From a virus (lineage: Duplodnaviria; Caudoviricetes): 56,080 bases of DNA. Positions 29,654 to 38,189 of this stretch are shown one piece after another; within the stretch, counting starts at the first letter, position 1, and the number at the start of each line of letters is the position of its first letter. The notes beneath the pieces were generated by a model, which searched no databases, was not told the origin of the DNA, and worked only from the letters and a program-made list of their open reading frames with translations. Location of the stretch: positions 1 to 56,080 of IMG/VR virus record IMGVR_UViG_3300037483_001430, one strand, 5' to 3'. A program made the position numbers and the translations under genes.

Positions 29654-29684
29654 CCAGTCATCAACCCGCACCCGGGAGAGCAAC

Positions 29685-30569
29685 ATGAACGCCACCCTGA
29701 CCAGCATCTCGCAGAGCCTCAACTCCAGCGGTCCCCACGTCGGCGACATCCTGTGGTGGAGCCTGTTCGACTCCCACGTCAGCGCCGAGTGGTTCGCTGG
29801 TGAGTGGAAGGCAGCCGGGCTGGACGGGTCGATTCTCGCGCAGCCGAAGACGCCGGCGCGCGCGTTGCGCGAGGCCGGGTTCGCGGCGGTCACCGGAGTG
29901 GACGGGCAGCTGTTCCGCTTCGCCGCCCAGACCGACGAAAGGACGATCTGGGCGCTCGTGCGCGAGGAGCGGAAGGGCGATGGCTCCGTCGAGTACCACC
30001 AGGAAGCGCAGATCGCCGTCGACCTGGCGGCCGGCACCTTCTCCAGCGACTGCGCGGCGCATCCCATCGTGCAGGACATCCGCGCACGCTACGACGCGCT
30101 CGTCGGAACGTACTCGAGCCGCGAGGTTCGCGCCTCGATCGTCCGCCTACTCGAGCGCAGCAGCGCCGTGTCGATCCGCGAGGCGGGCGGCGTCTACTGG
30201 ATCCCCGCTCCCTACGCTGAGACCGGACGCCGACTGAAGGCCGTCATCGACCAAGTCGGCTCGTCGGTCTTCTCCGTCCTTCCCGTGCACGAGACGAACA
30301 TCGGCAACGAGGCGCTCGGGAACGCCGCGCGCGGCTCGCTCGAGACCGAGATCGTGGAGCTCAAGGACGAGATCGCGAGGTTCAAGGCTGACCCGCCCAA
30401 GGCCGCCACCTTGGAGCGCCGCCTCGAAGCCTTCACCGCCCTGCAGGCGCGCGCGTCGCTGTACCGCGATCTCCTTTCCGTCGAGGTCTCCGACCTCGAG
30501 ACGAACCTCACCGAGCTCGCCGATTCGGTGAAGGCCATCATCGGCGGGCTCGAGAAGGCCGCCGCGTAG
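29685..30569 (+). CDS. DUF6744/DUF3150-like protein
   Basis: GDILWWSL ... SIREAGGVYWIP. Divergent from the AAA/VWA genes. Confidence 0.7.
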   Translation: MNATLTSISQSLNSSGPHVGDILWWSLFDSHVSAEWFAGEWKAAGLDGSILAQPKTPARALREAGFAAVTGVDGQLFRFAAQTDERTIWALVREERKGDGSVEYHQEAQIAVDLAAGTFSSDCAAHPIVQDIRARYDALVGTYSSREVRASIVRLLERSSAVSIREAGGVYWIPAPYAETGRRLKAVIDQVGSSVFSVLPVHETNIGNEALGNAARGSLETEIVELKDEIARFKADPPKAATLERRLEAFTALQARASLYRDLLSVEVSDLETNLTELADSVKAIIGGLEKAAA

Positions 30570-30632
30570 GTTCCACGCGCGGGCGGTGCTCGTCGAGAGC
30601 GCCTCCCGATTCGAGCGACAGGAGACACACCG

Positions 30633-30944
30633 ATGGCACCGATCTGCGACTTCTGCTCATCCGAAGCTGTGCACTGGCGATACCCGGCGCGGGACTTCGC
30701 TGCGCCTGGCTTGCTGGCGTTCTTCTCGAAGAGCGCTGGCGACTGGGCGGCGTGCGATGCCTGCCACGACCTCATCGAGAAGGACGAGCGCGCCGCGCTC
30801 GTGGAGCGCGTCTTCATCTCGGCGCCCCCCGATCTCGTCACGCCCTACGCGATCCGGTTCGTCCAGGATCTGCACGCGAGCTTCTACACCTGTCGGACGG
30901 GGCCGGCAGAGCCCATCTCGGCGCGCGTGCAGGTGACGTCATGA
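30633..30944 (+). CDS. Zn-binding hypothetical protein
   Basis: CDFC...WAACDAC. AGGAG SD. Confidence 0.65.
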   Translation: MAPICDFCSSEAVHWRYPARDFAAPGLLAFFSKSAGDWAACDACHDLIEKDERAALVERVFISAPPDLVTPYAIRFVQDLHASFYTCRTGPAEPISARVQVTS

Positions 30945-32023
30945 CACGCTCCGAGATGGCGGCGGAGCTCGAACGGCACTTCCCGACCACGCCCCACTCC
31001 GAGACGGTGTCAGCTCGGCTGCAGGCCAGATGGGATGCGGATCCGCACGATCCGATCTTCCGGTTCACATGGGCAGACGGTACGGTGGGGTACATGCCGC
31101 GCCCGGCGGACTCGGCCATCGGCTCGGATTGCCTCGCCTGGAGGAAGAAGATCCTGAATGGCGAACCCTTGTTCAAGGTGAAGGAGCCGCGCAACGCGAG
31201 CCCGAACTGGGGGCGCGTGCTCAAGCCGGTGCTTACCGTGTGGCGTCGACACCCGTCGACGTTCCACTTCGACGCCCTCGATCCCACGAAGAGGATCAGG
31301 AACCCCGGGACCGCCTACTGGGAACACGATTCCGAGCGCCAGAAGACGGTCCCGGTGCGCGTGCGGTGCCCGTCGTGCAATCGCCCGATCCGTCTCTCGC
31401 GGTGGTGGGAGCACGGGTGCGAGAAGGGGATTGTCACGAGCGACTGGTGCTTCGCGCCGTGGGCGGAGGCAACGGCGGGCGCAGCTGAGCCCGTGTATGA
31501 TGACGAGACGACCCCGACGACCATCGTTCCCGTGACGGCGACGACCGTTGACGAACCCGCCGAAACGACGCCGCCCACGCCGATCCCGCGTGAGTCTGCA
31601 GACCCGGTCGCCGAGACGGGGGCGCGCGACTGGATGACGCCCGGTAGAACATTCGGGAGCTACCGCACGCAGCAGGGCGAGCTCGTCACGATGTACCGCT
31701 GGCGGCAGCACGTGCGCTTCTACACCGACGGTGGACGCCAGATCGGGCCCGAGCAATCGAACGTAGTCCCCGGCGTGGCATACGCGATGGCGCAGGGCTG
31801 GGAGAGCGCGTCCAAGCCGCCACCGCCGTGCCCAGCGCCGCCAGTGCCACGAGTCGGGCGCGTCGGGAAACTCACGCCAGAACAGGCTTCCGAGCTGCGC
31901 CGGCGCGCGAACCGTGGCGAGAGCCCGCGAGCGCTCATGGCGGAGTTTGGCATCTCCTCGCGTGGCTACTTCTACAAGCTCAAGGCTGGCGTGGGTCGCG
32001 CTCGTTGGGCGGAGGTGGCCTGA
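30941..32023 (+). CDS. Mosaic protein with Zn knuckle and C-terminal HTH
   Basis: CPSC..HGC, PT-rich linker, KLTPEQ...LMAEFGIS. ATGA coupling. Confidence 0.6.
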   Translation: MTRSEMAAELERHFPTTPHSETVSARLQARWDADPHDPIFRFTWADGTVGYMPRPADSAIGSDCLAWRKKILNGEPLFKVKEPRNASPNWGRVLKPVLTVWRRHPSTFHFDALDPTKRIRNPGTAYWEHDSERQKTVPVRVRCPSCNRPIRLSRWWEHGCEKGIVTSDWCFAPWAEATAGAAEPVYDDETTPTTIVPVTATTVDEPAETTPPTPIPRESADPVAETGARDWMTPGRTFGSYRTQQGELVTMYRWRQHVRFYTDGGRQIGPEQSNVVPGVAYAMAQGWESASKPPPPCPAPPVPRVGRVGKLTPEQASELRRRANRGESPRALMAEFGISSRGYFYKLKAGVGRARWAEVA

Positions 32024-32511
32024 TGCTCGCCCTCACCGTGCAGCAGCCATGGGCTGACGCCATCGCGAGCGGCCTGAAGCCGGTCGAGAACCGAAAGTGG
32101 GCTCCGCGGATGGACGTCTACGGGCAGGATCTCGCCATCCACGCCGCCCGAGCCGTTTCCGCGGAGAGCAACGGTCACAGCCTCGCGCGCTACAGAAAGG
32201 TGGCTGGGCATGCGGCTCGGCCTATCGAAGACATGCCGCTCGCGGCGGTGGTCGCTGTGGTTAGGCTCGTCGGTGCGGTCAACGTCGAGTCGCGCCGGGT
32301 GCTTGGAAACCTCTCCGAGGCGAGGATCGCAGAGGTGCTGTCATCGCCCTGGACCTACGGCCGCTGGGCTCTGGTGCTCGACCATGTGCGTCGGCTCGCC
32401 ACGCCTGTCCCGTGCCGCGGAGCCCTCATGCTCTGGCGACTGCCGGTCGAGGTCGCCCGACAGGTATCGCATACAACCGTGGTAGACGCGCTGCAGGCAC
32501 GGGGGCTATGA
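32023..32511 (+). CDS. ASCH domain protein
   Basis: ALTVQQPWA.AI..G.K.VENR.W ... LAIHA ... PVPCRG.L.LW. Confidence 0.85.
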   Translation: MLALTVQQPWADAIASGLKPVENRKWAPRMDVYGQDLAIHAARAVSAESNGHSLARYRKVAGHAARPIEDMPLAAVVAVVRLVGAVNVESRRVLGNLSEARIAEVLSSPWTYGRWALVLDHVRRLATPVPCRGALMLWRLPVEVARQVSHTTVVDALQARGL

Positions 32512-32795
32512 TGGCGCTCATGGGACGCAAAGCCGCAGCGGCGAAGGCGAGCGTCGAGAACCCGAGGCGCGAACGGGGCGCCATGACGGCGGTGGTGCTC
32601 AGGGCCATCGGCCTGCTAGTGGCGAGCCCACGGCGCCCGCTCGATCTCATGGGCGAGCTCGACCTATCGCGTCGAAGCGTCGAGCGGCTGCTCCGCGGAA
32701 TCAAGGCCGCCGGGCTCGATCTCGAGGTGGAGCGTTCCGGCAACGAGGCTTACTACCGACTCTCGCGCGAGTCCGTCCGGAAGAAGCTGGCGTAG
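32508..32795 (+). CDS. Winged HTH protein
   Basis: LMGELDLSRRSVERLL...YYRL. Confidence 0.65.
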   Translation: MMALMGRKAAAAKASVENPRRERGAMTAVVLRAIGLLVASPRRPLDLMGELDLSRRSVERLLRGIKAAGLDLEVERSGNEAYYRLSRESVRKKLA

Positions 32796-32810
32796 CGGTA
32801 CACTCGCCGC

Positions 32811-33068
32811 ATGAGCACATCTTCTCCGACAGACGCTGTCGCCTGCCCACGCTGCGGGGCGGCGCCGGGCGAGACCTGCGCGTACGCGCTCCTCACGGCC
32901 GCGCTCAAGAAGGGCGACATGCCCACCGCACACGACCTGGAACGGGTGAACCGTGCGGGCCCGTCCCTGGCGCACCCGGAGCGCATGGAGGAGGCCCTGG
33001 CCCTGGTGGCGCTCGCGAGGCGGTTCGGGATCACGCAGGTGCAGCGGCTAGCGCCTGCCGGAAGCTAG
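32811..33068 (+). CDS. Zn-finger hypothetical protein
   Basis: VACPRCGAAPGETC...HPER. Confidence 0.6.
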   Translation: MSTSSPTDAVACPRCGAAPGETCAYALLTAALKKGDMPTAHDLERVNRAGPSLAHPERMEEALALVALARRFGITQVQRLAPAGS

Positions 33069-33161
33069 GAGCACAGCACCGCGTTGCGGACGCCAGGACC
33101 ATGACGGCCGCCGCGAGCAGCAAGCGGCGCTCCCATTCCCGCACGCGCTCACCGTAGGTCT

Positions 33162-33719
33162 TCACGCTGCCCGCCCCTCCTTGTCTTTCGGCATGAACGT
33201 CTCGTAGGTGGCGAGCCGATCTTCCTGGGCCGCTCGCCGTGGCGCGCCCTCCAGGATACCGGCGAGAGCGCGCCGGAGGGCGCGGAGTCCAGCCGGCACG
33301 AACCGCCGGGCGTAGGCGTCCCGCGGCTTCTCGTCGGGGTCGAGGACGACGACATCCTGCTCACAGACAGGGCCCGTGTCGAGCCCGTGGTCGCACCAGA
33401 ACCACGTCGCGGCCGAGACGTGCTCGCGGGCAGCAAGGGTGTGTCGGATGGCGTCCGGGCCGCGATGCCGTGGCAGTGCAGACGGGTGGAAGATGAGCGT
33501 CCCGAGCACCGGCGCGCCCCACTCCTCCGGCCCGATCTTGCGCGCGAGGAGGGGGGCGATCGCGACCATCGCCGATCGAGGCTCGTCGACGAGCCGGAAG
33601 CCGAGATCGAGCGCGAGCGACGCGCAGTCGGCGACGAACAACCGCGCCGCCGGCGGCGACCCGTCGCGCGCCAGGTACACGTAGACGCCATGCGCTAAGG
33701 GCAGCCTACTCGCCGACAT
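33162..33719 (-). CDS. Formyltransferase-family protein
   Basis: FHPSALPRHRGPDAI ... GLDTGPV. Confidence 0.85.
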   Translation of the reverse strand: MSASRLPLAHGVYVYLARDGSPPAARLFVADCASLALDLGFRLVDEPRSAMVAIAPLLARKIGPEEWGAPVLGTLIFHPSALPRHRGPDAIRHTLAAREHVSAATWFWCDHGLDTGPVCEQDVVVLDPDEKPRDAYARRFVPAGLRALRRALAGILEGAPRRAAQEDRLATYETFMPKDKEGRAA

Positions 33720-34830
33720 ACCGGAACCCCTGGACTGCGCGGAAGTGGCCCCCAAAGCCCGAGCCCATGAGCGAGCCCGACTTCGCCAGCGTCTGGACAG
33801 ACCTCCTCTTGTTGCTGCCGTGGAGGACGGCGGAGAGCTGGCGCCACTTCTTGTCGCGGCGCAGGGCGGAGGACAGCCCAGGATGGCTCGTGTGGAATAG
33901 CGTCGTCACCTTGCGCCCCGGCATCCGCGCCCCAGCCGCGCCCTCCAGTTGCAGCTGCGAGACGGCGTTGAGGCAGCGCATCCCGACGCCGGCGCCCTGC
34001 CATTCGGGCATGACGACCATCCGGCAGCCGCGCGCCTCGACGGCGCAGCCCTTGTTCTTCGTGCCGATCCCGATGTGAAAGACGAGCTCGTCGTCGACCG
34101 TGCCGACGTAGCAGGACGCCGCCACCATCAGCGGCAGCTTCAGATAGTGATGCGGCTCAAAGAGCGGCCAGTAACGCCAGTCCGTCTTCCACAGCTGAAC
34201 GTCGAACCGAGGCCGGCGATGAAGCCCCCTCCCGCGGGTGAACTCCCGCTTCTGCGTGTCGAAGACCCAGTCCGGCTCTACCCAATCGATGATGTCGTAG
34301 TGGCAGGAGAGCAGCACCGCCTTTCCCTTGGTCCGCCGCCACGACTTCTGGAAGGCTAGCGCGCCGATCTTCGCGATCTGGCGGTCCACCACCGAAGTGA
34401 ACTCGTCGATCACGATCCGGTCCGGTTCCTCGGCGATGATGCGCGCCAGGTCGGCGCGGAACTTTTCACCGTTGGAAAGGACTGGATATGGCCGCAGCCA
34501 TGCTGGCACGTCGCCGAGACCGACCGCGGCGAGCGCGCCGGTAACGGCGTCGAACCCGCCGCCTGGCGCTATCGCTTCCACGATGGGCGTTTCCGAGGGC
34601 CACCCCTGGGGCTCGTAGAACCCCTCGCCCTGGAAGATGCGTCGGCCGACGCTGGTCTTCCCCGAGCCCGAGGGCCCCACTACGAGCCCGATGCTCCAGT
34701 CGCCGTCGTCAATGGCCAGGTCCGCCACCAGATCAAAGTTGCACCCCTTCTCTGCGTTGAAGAGCGACTTCACCCGGGCGGCGCGGTAGGAGTCGAAATC
34801 GGAGCAGCGGTTGTGTACCTCGATACGCAT
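33706..34830 (-). CDS. Soluble ABC ATPase-GNAT acyltransferase fusion
   Basis: GPSGSGKT, LSNGEKFR, IDEF, SCH, followed by HHYL and RMVVMPEWQGAGVG (acyl-CoA motif A). Confidence 0.88.
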   Translation of the reverse strand: MRIEVHNRCSDFDSYRAARVKSLFNAEKGCNFDLVADLAIDDGDWSIGLVVGPSGSGKTSVGRRIFQGEGFYEPQGWPSETPIVEAIAPGGGFDAVTGALAAVGLGDVPAWLRPYPVLSNGEKFRADLARIIAEEPDRIVIDEFTSVVDRQIAKIGALAFQKSWRRTKGKAVLLSCHYDIIDWVEPDWVFDTQKREFTRGRGLHRRPRFDVQLWKTDWRYWPLFEPHHYLKLPLMVAASCYVGTVDDELVFHIGIGTKNKGCAVEARGCRMVVMPEWQGAGVGMRCLNAVSQLQLEGAAGARMPGRKVTTLFHTSHPGLSSALRRDKKWRQLSAVLHGSNKRRSVQTLAKSGSLMGSGFGGHFRAVQGFRYVGE

Positions 34831-34840
34831 GAAGGCTCCG

Positions 34841-35464
34841 CTAGGTCGTGACGACCTTGCAAACGAGACCCTCGCCGCGGAGCCTCTCGTAGACCTGCTG
34901 CTGCTCAGCCTCGTCCTTGCACATGACGACCACCCCGAATTGCTCGGAGTAGGTGTTCGCGCGTTCTCGCTCCCGTGCGAGCGCGGCTTCGTCATCGGGA
35001 GGGGCCGCCTCCTTCGGCGCCATGTCGTAGAGCATCGCCTGTAGCGCGGGGTCCTCCGTCGCGACTTGTCCGAGCAGCTCCTGGAGGACGCCTTCGTTCC
35101 GCTCGGCGAGCTCGGTGATGGGGTCGAGGATGGCCAGCGCGAGGCGCTCCTCTTCCACGGGCAGCTCGACGAAGTCGACCGGGATCGCCGAGAGGCCTTG
35201 CCGGCGAGCCTCCTCGACACGCGCGTGGCCGTCGAGGATGTGGCCGGTCGTCCGGTTCACGATGACGCCCTTCAGCCACCCGAGCTCCCTCATGGAGCCG
35301 CGCAGGGCGTCGACCTGCTCTTCAGGGTGCGTGCGGAAGTTGAGCGGGTTCGCGAGCAGCTGTTCCGGCGGGACGTCCTCGTGCCCGACGATGCGGCTGC
35401 GCAACGCGCCGGCGGCTTCAGCGGGGACGGCGACCAGTTCGGGAGGCTTCCGCTTCTTCGGCAT
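34841..35464 (-). CDS. ParB/Srx N-terminal domain protein with small C-terminal domain
   Basis: NPLNFRTH...ILDGHARV. C-terminal QFGVVVMCKDEAEQ. Confidence 0.85.
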   Translation of the reverse strand: MPKKRKPPELVAVPAEAAGALRSRIVGHEDVPPEQLLANPLNFRTHPEEQVDALRGSMRELGWLKGVIVNRTTGHILDGHARVEEARRQGLSAIPVDFVELPVEEERLALAILDPITELAERNEGVLQELLGQVATEDPALQAMLYDMAPKEAAPPDDEAALARERERANTYSEQFGVVVMCKDEAEQQQVYERLRGEGLVCKVVTT

Positions 35465-35470
35465 GCCTAC

Positions 35471-35504
35471 AGGCTACGACAGGAGGGCGCCTGGGCAGGC
35501 GAAA
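35471..35504 (-). promoter_or_regulatory. Long-spacer promoter motif, leaderless (ParB operon)
   Basis: TTTCGC-N22-TAGCCT-N6-ATG. Confidence 0.55.
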
Positions 35505-35512
35505 GCCGCCAG

Positions 35513-36850
35513 CTAGTCGGAGAGGAGGTCCTCGTCGCTCGGGTAGGGGGGATCGTCCGCGGGGGCGGCTTGCTTGCCGGCGAGGCCGGGGCCGGTTTCA
35601 CAAGCTGCACCAGCTGGCTTCGCAAGCGCCTCGGAACGGGCGTCTCCGTCGCGCTGGACGTCTTCCGTGCGGGCTGGACGGTAGTCGGGCGCGATGGGCA
35701 TCGCGTACCGCGTGGCGCCAGCCTCGTAGCTCATCACCACGGCGCCGTCCTTCAGGGCGAGCTGTTCCCGGACGCGCTCCCGGATCTCCTCCGGCGAGGT
35801 GATGCGCGCGCCCTCGGGCAGCTTCCCGTTCCAGAACACGGGGATCATGGAGAGGCCGCAGTCCGTGCAGGTCGTGAGACCGTCCTCGAGCGCGGTCTTC
35901 CGGCGGGGGTGATCGCAGCGGATGCTGTTCCTCGCGTTCTGGTTTCGCACCTCGGCGCGGTACTTCTCCCGTTCGTCGATGAGCCGGCGCAGGACCTCGA
36001 CCGCTCCCTCGCCCATCCCGTCAGGGCCTGGCCCTACGTGATCCTCGAGGATCGCCACGAGCTCGCGGCCGAGCTTGGCGTCCCGAGCGTCGTCTGTCGC
36101 GGCGTACGCCTGCTGGACCAGCTTCGCCACCCTCGTCGCGGTCTCGCAGGCCTCGATCTGGGCGGCTCTTGCATCGAACACCTGCGACGACGGCTTCGGG
36201 TCCCAGCACATCGACGCTGCGCCGGCGAGCTCATGGAGCGGCCCCACCACGAGCATCTCCAGGACGGCGCGCTCCGAGGGGGCATCTTCGACGGGGGAGT
36301 CGGGGCGAAACGGGTTCTCCGTCTGAAGCAAGACCGGCGGATGCGCCCGTCCCAAGACCCACAGCCAGATGGGCCCGCCGCGGGCGATGCGCGCACGGTC
36401 TGCGGCACCGAGGTCCCAGCACGAGATGAACCCCTCGCCGGTGTCGTGCACATCGAGCGCGCTGCATTCGTCCTCGGTCATATCCTTCGGCCGTTGGAAT
36501 GTCCGGTTCGACGCCGGGAACGGCACGGCCTTCATGCCGTCTTTCCGCTGGGCGTGCAGATCTGATCTCTCTTCGAGCTCCTTCGTGAGGACGGAGACGC
36601 GCTCGCAGATCCGCTCGACGACGATGTGGGCGACTTCGGACGCTGCGCGTTGCGCCGCCGCCTGTGCCCTGACGGCATCGAACACCCCGCCAGGTTTCGG
36701 GGCCCAGCATACGGACGCCTCGTCAGCGAGCTGGTAGAGCGCACCGGAGATGGCCGTCTCGAGCAGGGCGCGCTCCCGGCTCTGTGCGACTGCCTCCGGC
36801 ACCTCGTTCGTCGGGGAGGGTCCTGCTCCTGCGCCGTTTCGTTCCGTCAT
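35513..36850 (-). CDS. Mosaic hypothetical protein with internal duplication
   Basis: Two copies of L..LA..AS.CW.PKP...VFD in a 445 aa ORF. Confidence 0.7.
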   Translation of the reverse strand: MTERNGAGAGPSPTNEVPEAVAQSRERALLETAISGALYQLADEASVCWAPKPGGVFDAVRAQAAAQRAASEVAHIVVERICERVSVLTKELEERSDLHAQRKDGMKAVPFPASNRTFQRPKDMTEDECSALDVHDTGEGFISCWDLGAADRARIARGGPIWLWVLGRAHPPVLLQTENPFRPDSPVEDAPSERAVLEMLVVGPLHELAGAASMCWDPKPSSQVFDARAAQIEACETATRVAKLVQQAYAATDDARDAKLGRELVAILEDHVGPGPDGMGEGAVEVLRRLIDEREKYRAEVRNQNARNSIRCDHPRRKTALEDGLTTCTDCGLSMIPVFWNGKLPEGARITSPEEIRERVREQLALKDGAVVMSYEAGATRYAMPIAPDYRPARTEDVQRDGDARSEALAKPAGAACETGPGLAGKQAAPADDPPYPSDEDLLSD

Positions 36851-36870
36851 GTGCCTTGCCTCCGGCGCGC

Positions 36871-36903
36871 ATCCTACTTCGCCGCGCGCGAGGACTGCCG
36901 AAA
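36871..36903 (-). promoter_or_regulatory. Long-spacer promoter motif
   Basis: TTTCGG-N21-TAGGAT. Confidence 0.55.
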
Positions 36904-36998
36904 TGGGTCGGCGCCCGGCGCGGCGGACAGAAGAAGGCCCCGGAGAAGGATCCCCGGGGCCCGGCGTCCAGAGCGGGGAGAGCTATGAACCCCCTATC

Positions 36999-37148
36999 TC
37001 ACGCCGTGGCCGGCGCGGCCGTCGCCGACGTGCTCCTCTTGGTCTTCGGTTTCGCGCGGTTCGCCTTCCGTCCGATGCCAGGCTTGTGCGCCGTCGCCTT
37101 CGCGATCGGCTTGCGCCCTCGCTTCGGGTGCTTCCCCGGGGCCGCCAT
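36999..37148 (-). CDS. 49-aa K/R/A/P-rich basic peptide (not in the ORF track)
   Basis: MAAPGKHPKRGRKPIAKATAHKPGIGRKANRAKPKTKRSTSATAAPATA. The ATG directly follows the TAA of the upstream gene, in frame. Confidence 0.5.
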   Translation of the reverse strand: MAAPGKHPKRGRKPIAKATAHKPGIGRKANRAKPKTKRSTSATAAPATA

Positions 37149-37532
37149 TTACGCCGCCGCCTGGCGCTGCGTGGTGGCAGGCACGGGGGCCGGCGCGGGG
37201 TGCTTCAGGGCCTTGCGCGCGGCGGCCGTGAGGATGGCCGGGAGCGCCTTGCCGACCTCGAAGCGGGCGTCCGCGCCGAAGCGCTCGACGATCTTCTTCT
37301 TCGTGTCGAGGCCGCCCGTCATCTGGATGACCCAGGTCGGAACGCGGCGCGCCTTGGAGTCAGCGATCCAGACGTTCTCTGTCCCCTTGGCCCGGCGCCG
37401 AGCTCGCTTTGCCCTGGTCGTCACGACCGCAGGCGGTACGAGCTGCACAGCCTGCGTGCGTGTGATCATCTGACCGGCGAGGGCGAAGAGCCGTCGCCTG
37501 GCGTCCGAAATGATTCCGTCGAATGTGTCCAT
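37149..37532 (-). CDS. Basic histone-like / nucleoid-associated-like protein
   Basis: WIADSKARRVPTWVI..TG.LDTKKKIVERFG resembles a domain recalled from K/A-rich myxobacterial proteins. Confidence 0.55.
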   Translation of the reverse strand: MDTFDGIISDARRRLFALAGQMITRTQAVQLVPPAVVTTRAKRARRRAKGTENVWIADSKARRVPTWVIQMTGGLDTKKKIVERFGADARFEVGKALPAILTAAARKALKHPAPAPVPATTQRQAAA

Positions 37533-37588
37533 ACGGTTCCCCTTTGTACGGTGCAAAGTGCAATTTGTTACCCGTACCGCGCATCCTG

Positions 37589-37801
37589 CTACTCCGCGCG
37601 AAGGACCGCAAGATAGCGCCGCGTCCTCGAGCGCTCCCGCCTGCTCGTGTAGAGGTACTCCCGGCGCGCGAGCTGCGCGGCGCAGCGCTCGCACATCGTG
37701 GCGCTCCTTCCGCCACCGAGGACGACCCAAAGAATGGACGTCGAGTCCTGGCACCCGAAGACACAGGTGCGCCGCCGGTCGACACCATCATGGCTCGGCA
37801 T
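37589..37801 (-). CDS. Small Zn-finger protein
   Basis: CVFGC...CERC. Confidence 0.45.
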   Translation of the reverse strand: MPSHDGVDRRRTCVFGCQDSTSILWVVLGGGRSATMCERCAAQLARREYLYTSRRERSRTRRYLAVLRAE

Positions 37802-38189
37802 TGGCCTCCCCCTCCGGGTAGCTCGGGGCCTCTCGCGCTCGCAAGCTCGTGAGGAGCCCCACCATCGTCGCGCGCTGCTCCCGCACGATATCAGCTCCGG
37901 TGATACCCCGCCTGTCGAGCATGACCGCGAGGAGATCGAGCTCGGCCGCGGCCCGCACCAGCGCCGCCTGGGCTGTGCTCCGGAACTCCTCCCAGCTCGC
38001 CGAACCGCCCGGCCGCGGCGTGCGGGGAAGAGTCATCCCGAACCGCGGGAAGGCGCAGCGCCCGTGCGTCTCCATCCACGTCTCGGCGAGCTCGAGCTCG
38101 TCGTAGGTCGCCCGCCGGGGCACGAGATAGGTTGCGCTGCAGCCCGCGCACTCGAGCAGCATCACCTCGGCTGAGCGGATGGGGGCCAT
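37788..38189 (-). CDS. Hypothetical protein
   Basis: CAGC...HGRC. Abuts the Ku stop codon. Confidence 0.55.
   Translation of the reverse strand: MAPIRSAEVMLLECAGCSATYLVPRRATYDELELAETWMETHGRCAFPRFGMTLPRTPRPGGSASWEEFRSTAQAALVRAAAELDLLAVMLDRRGITGADIVREQRATMVGLLTSLRAREAPSYPEGEANAEP

Noticed and set aside
33706-34830. ABC transporter
   Set aside because: There is no transmembrane or substrate-binding partner, and the ATPase is fused to a GNAT domain.
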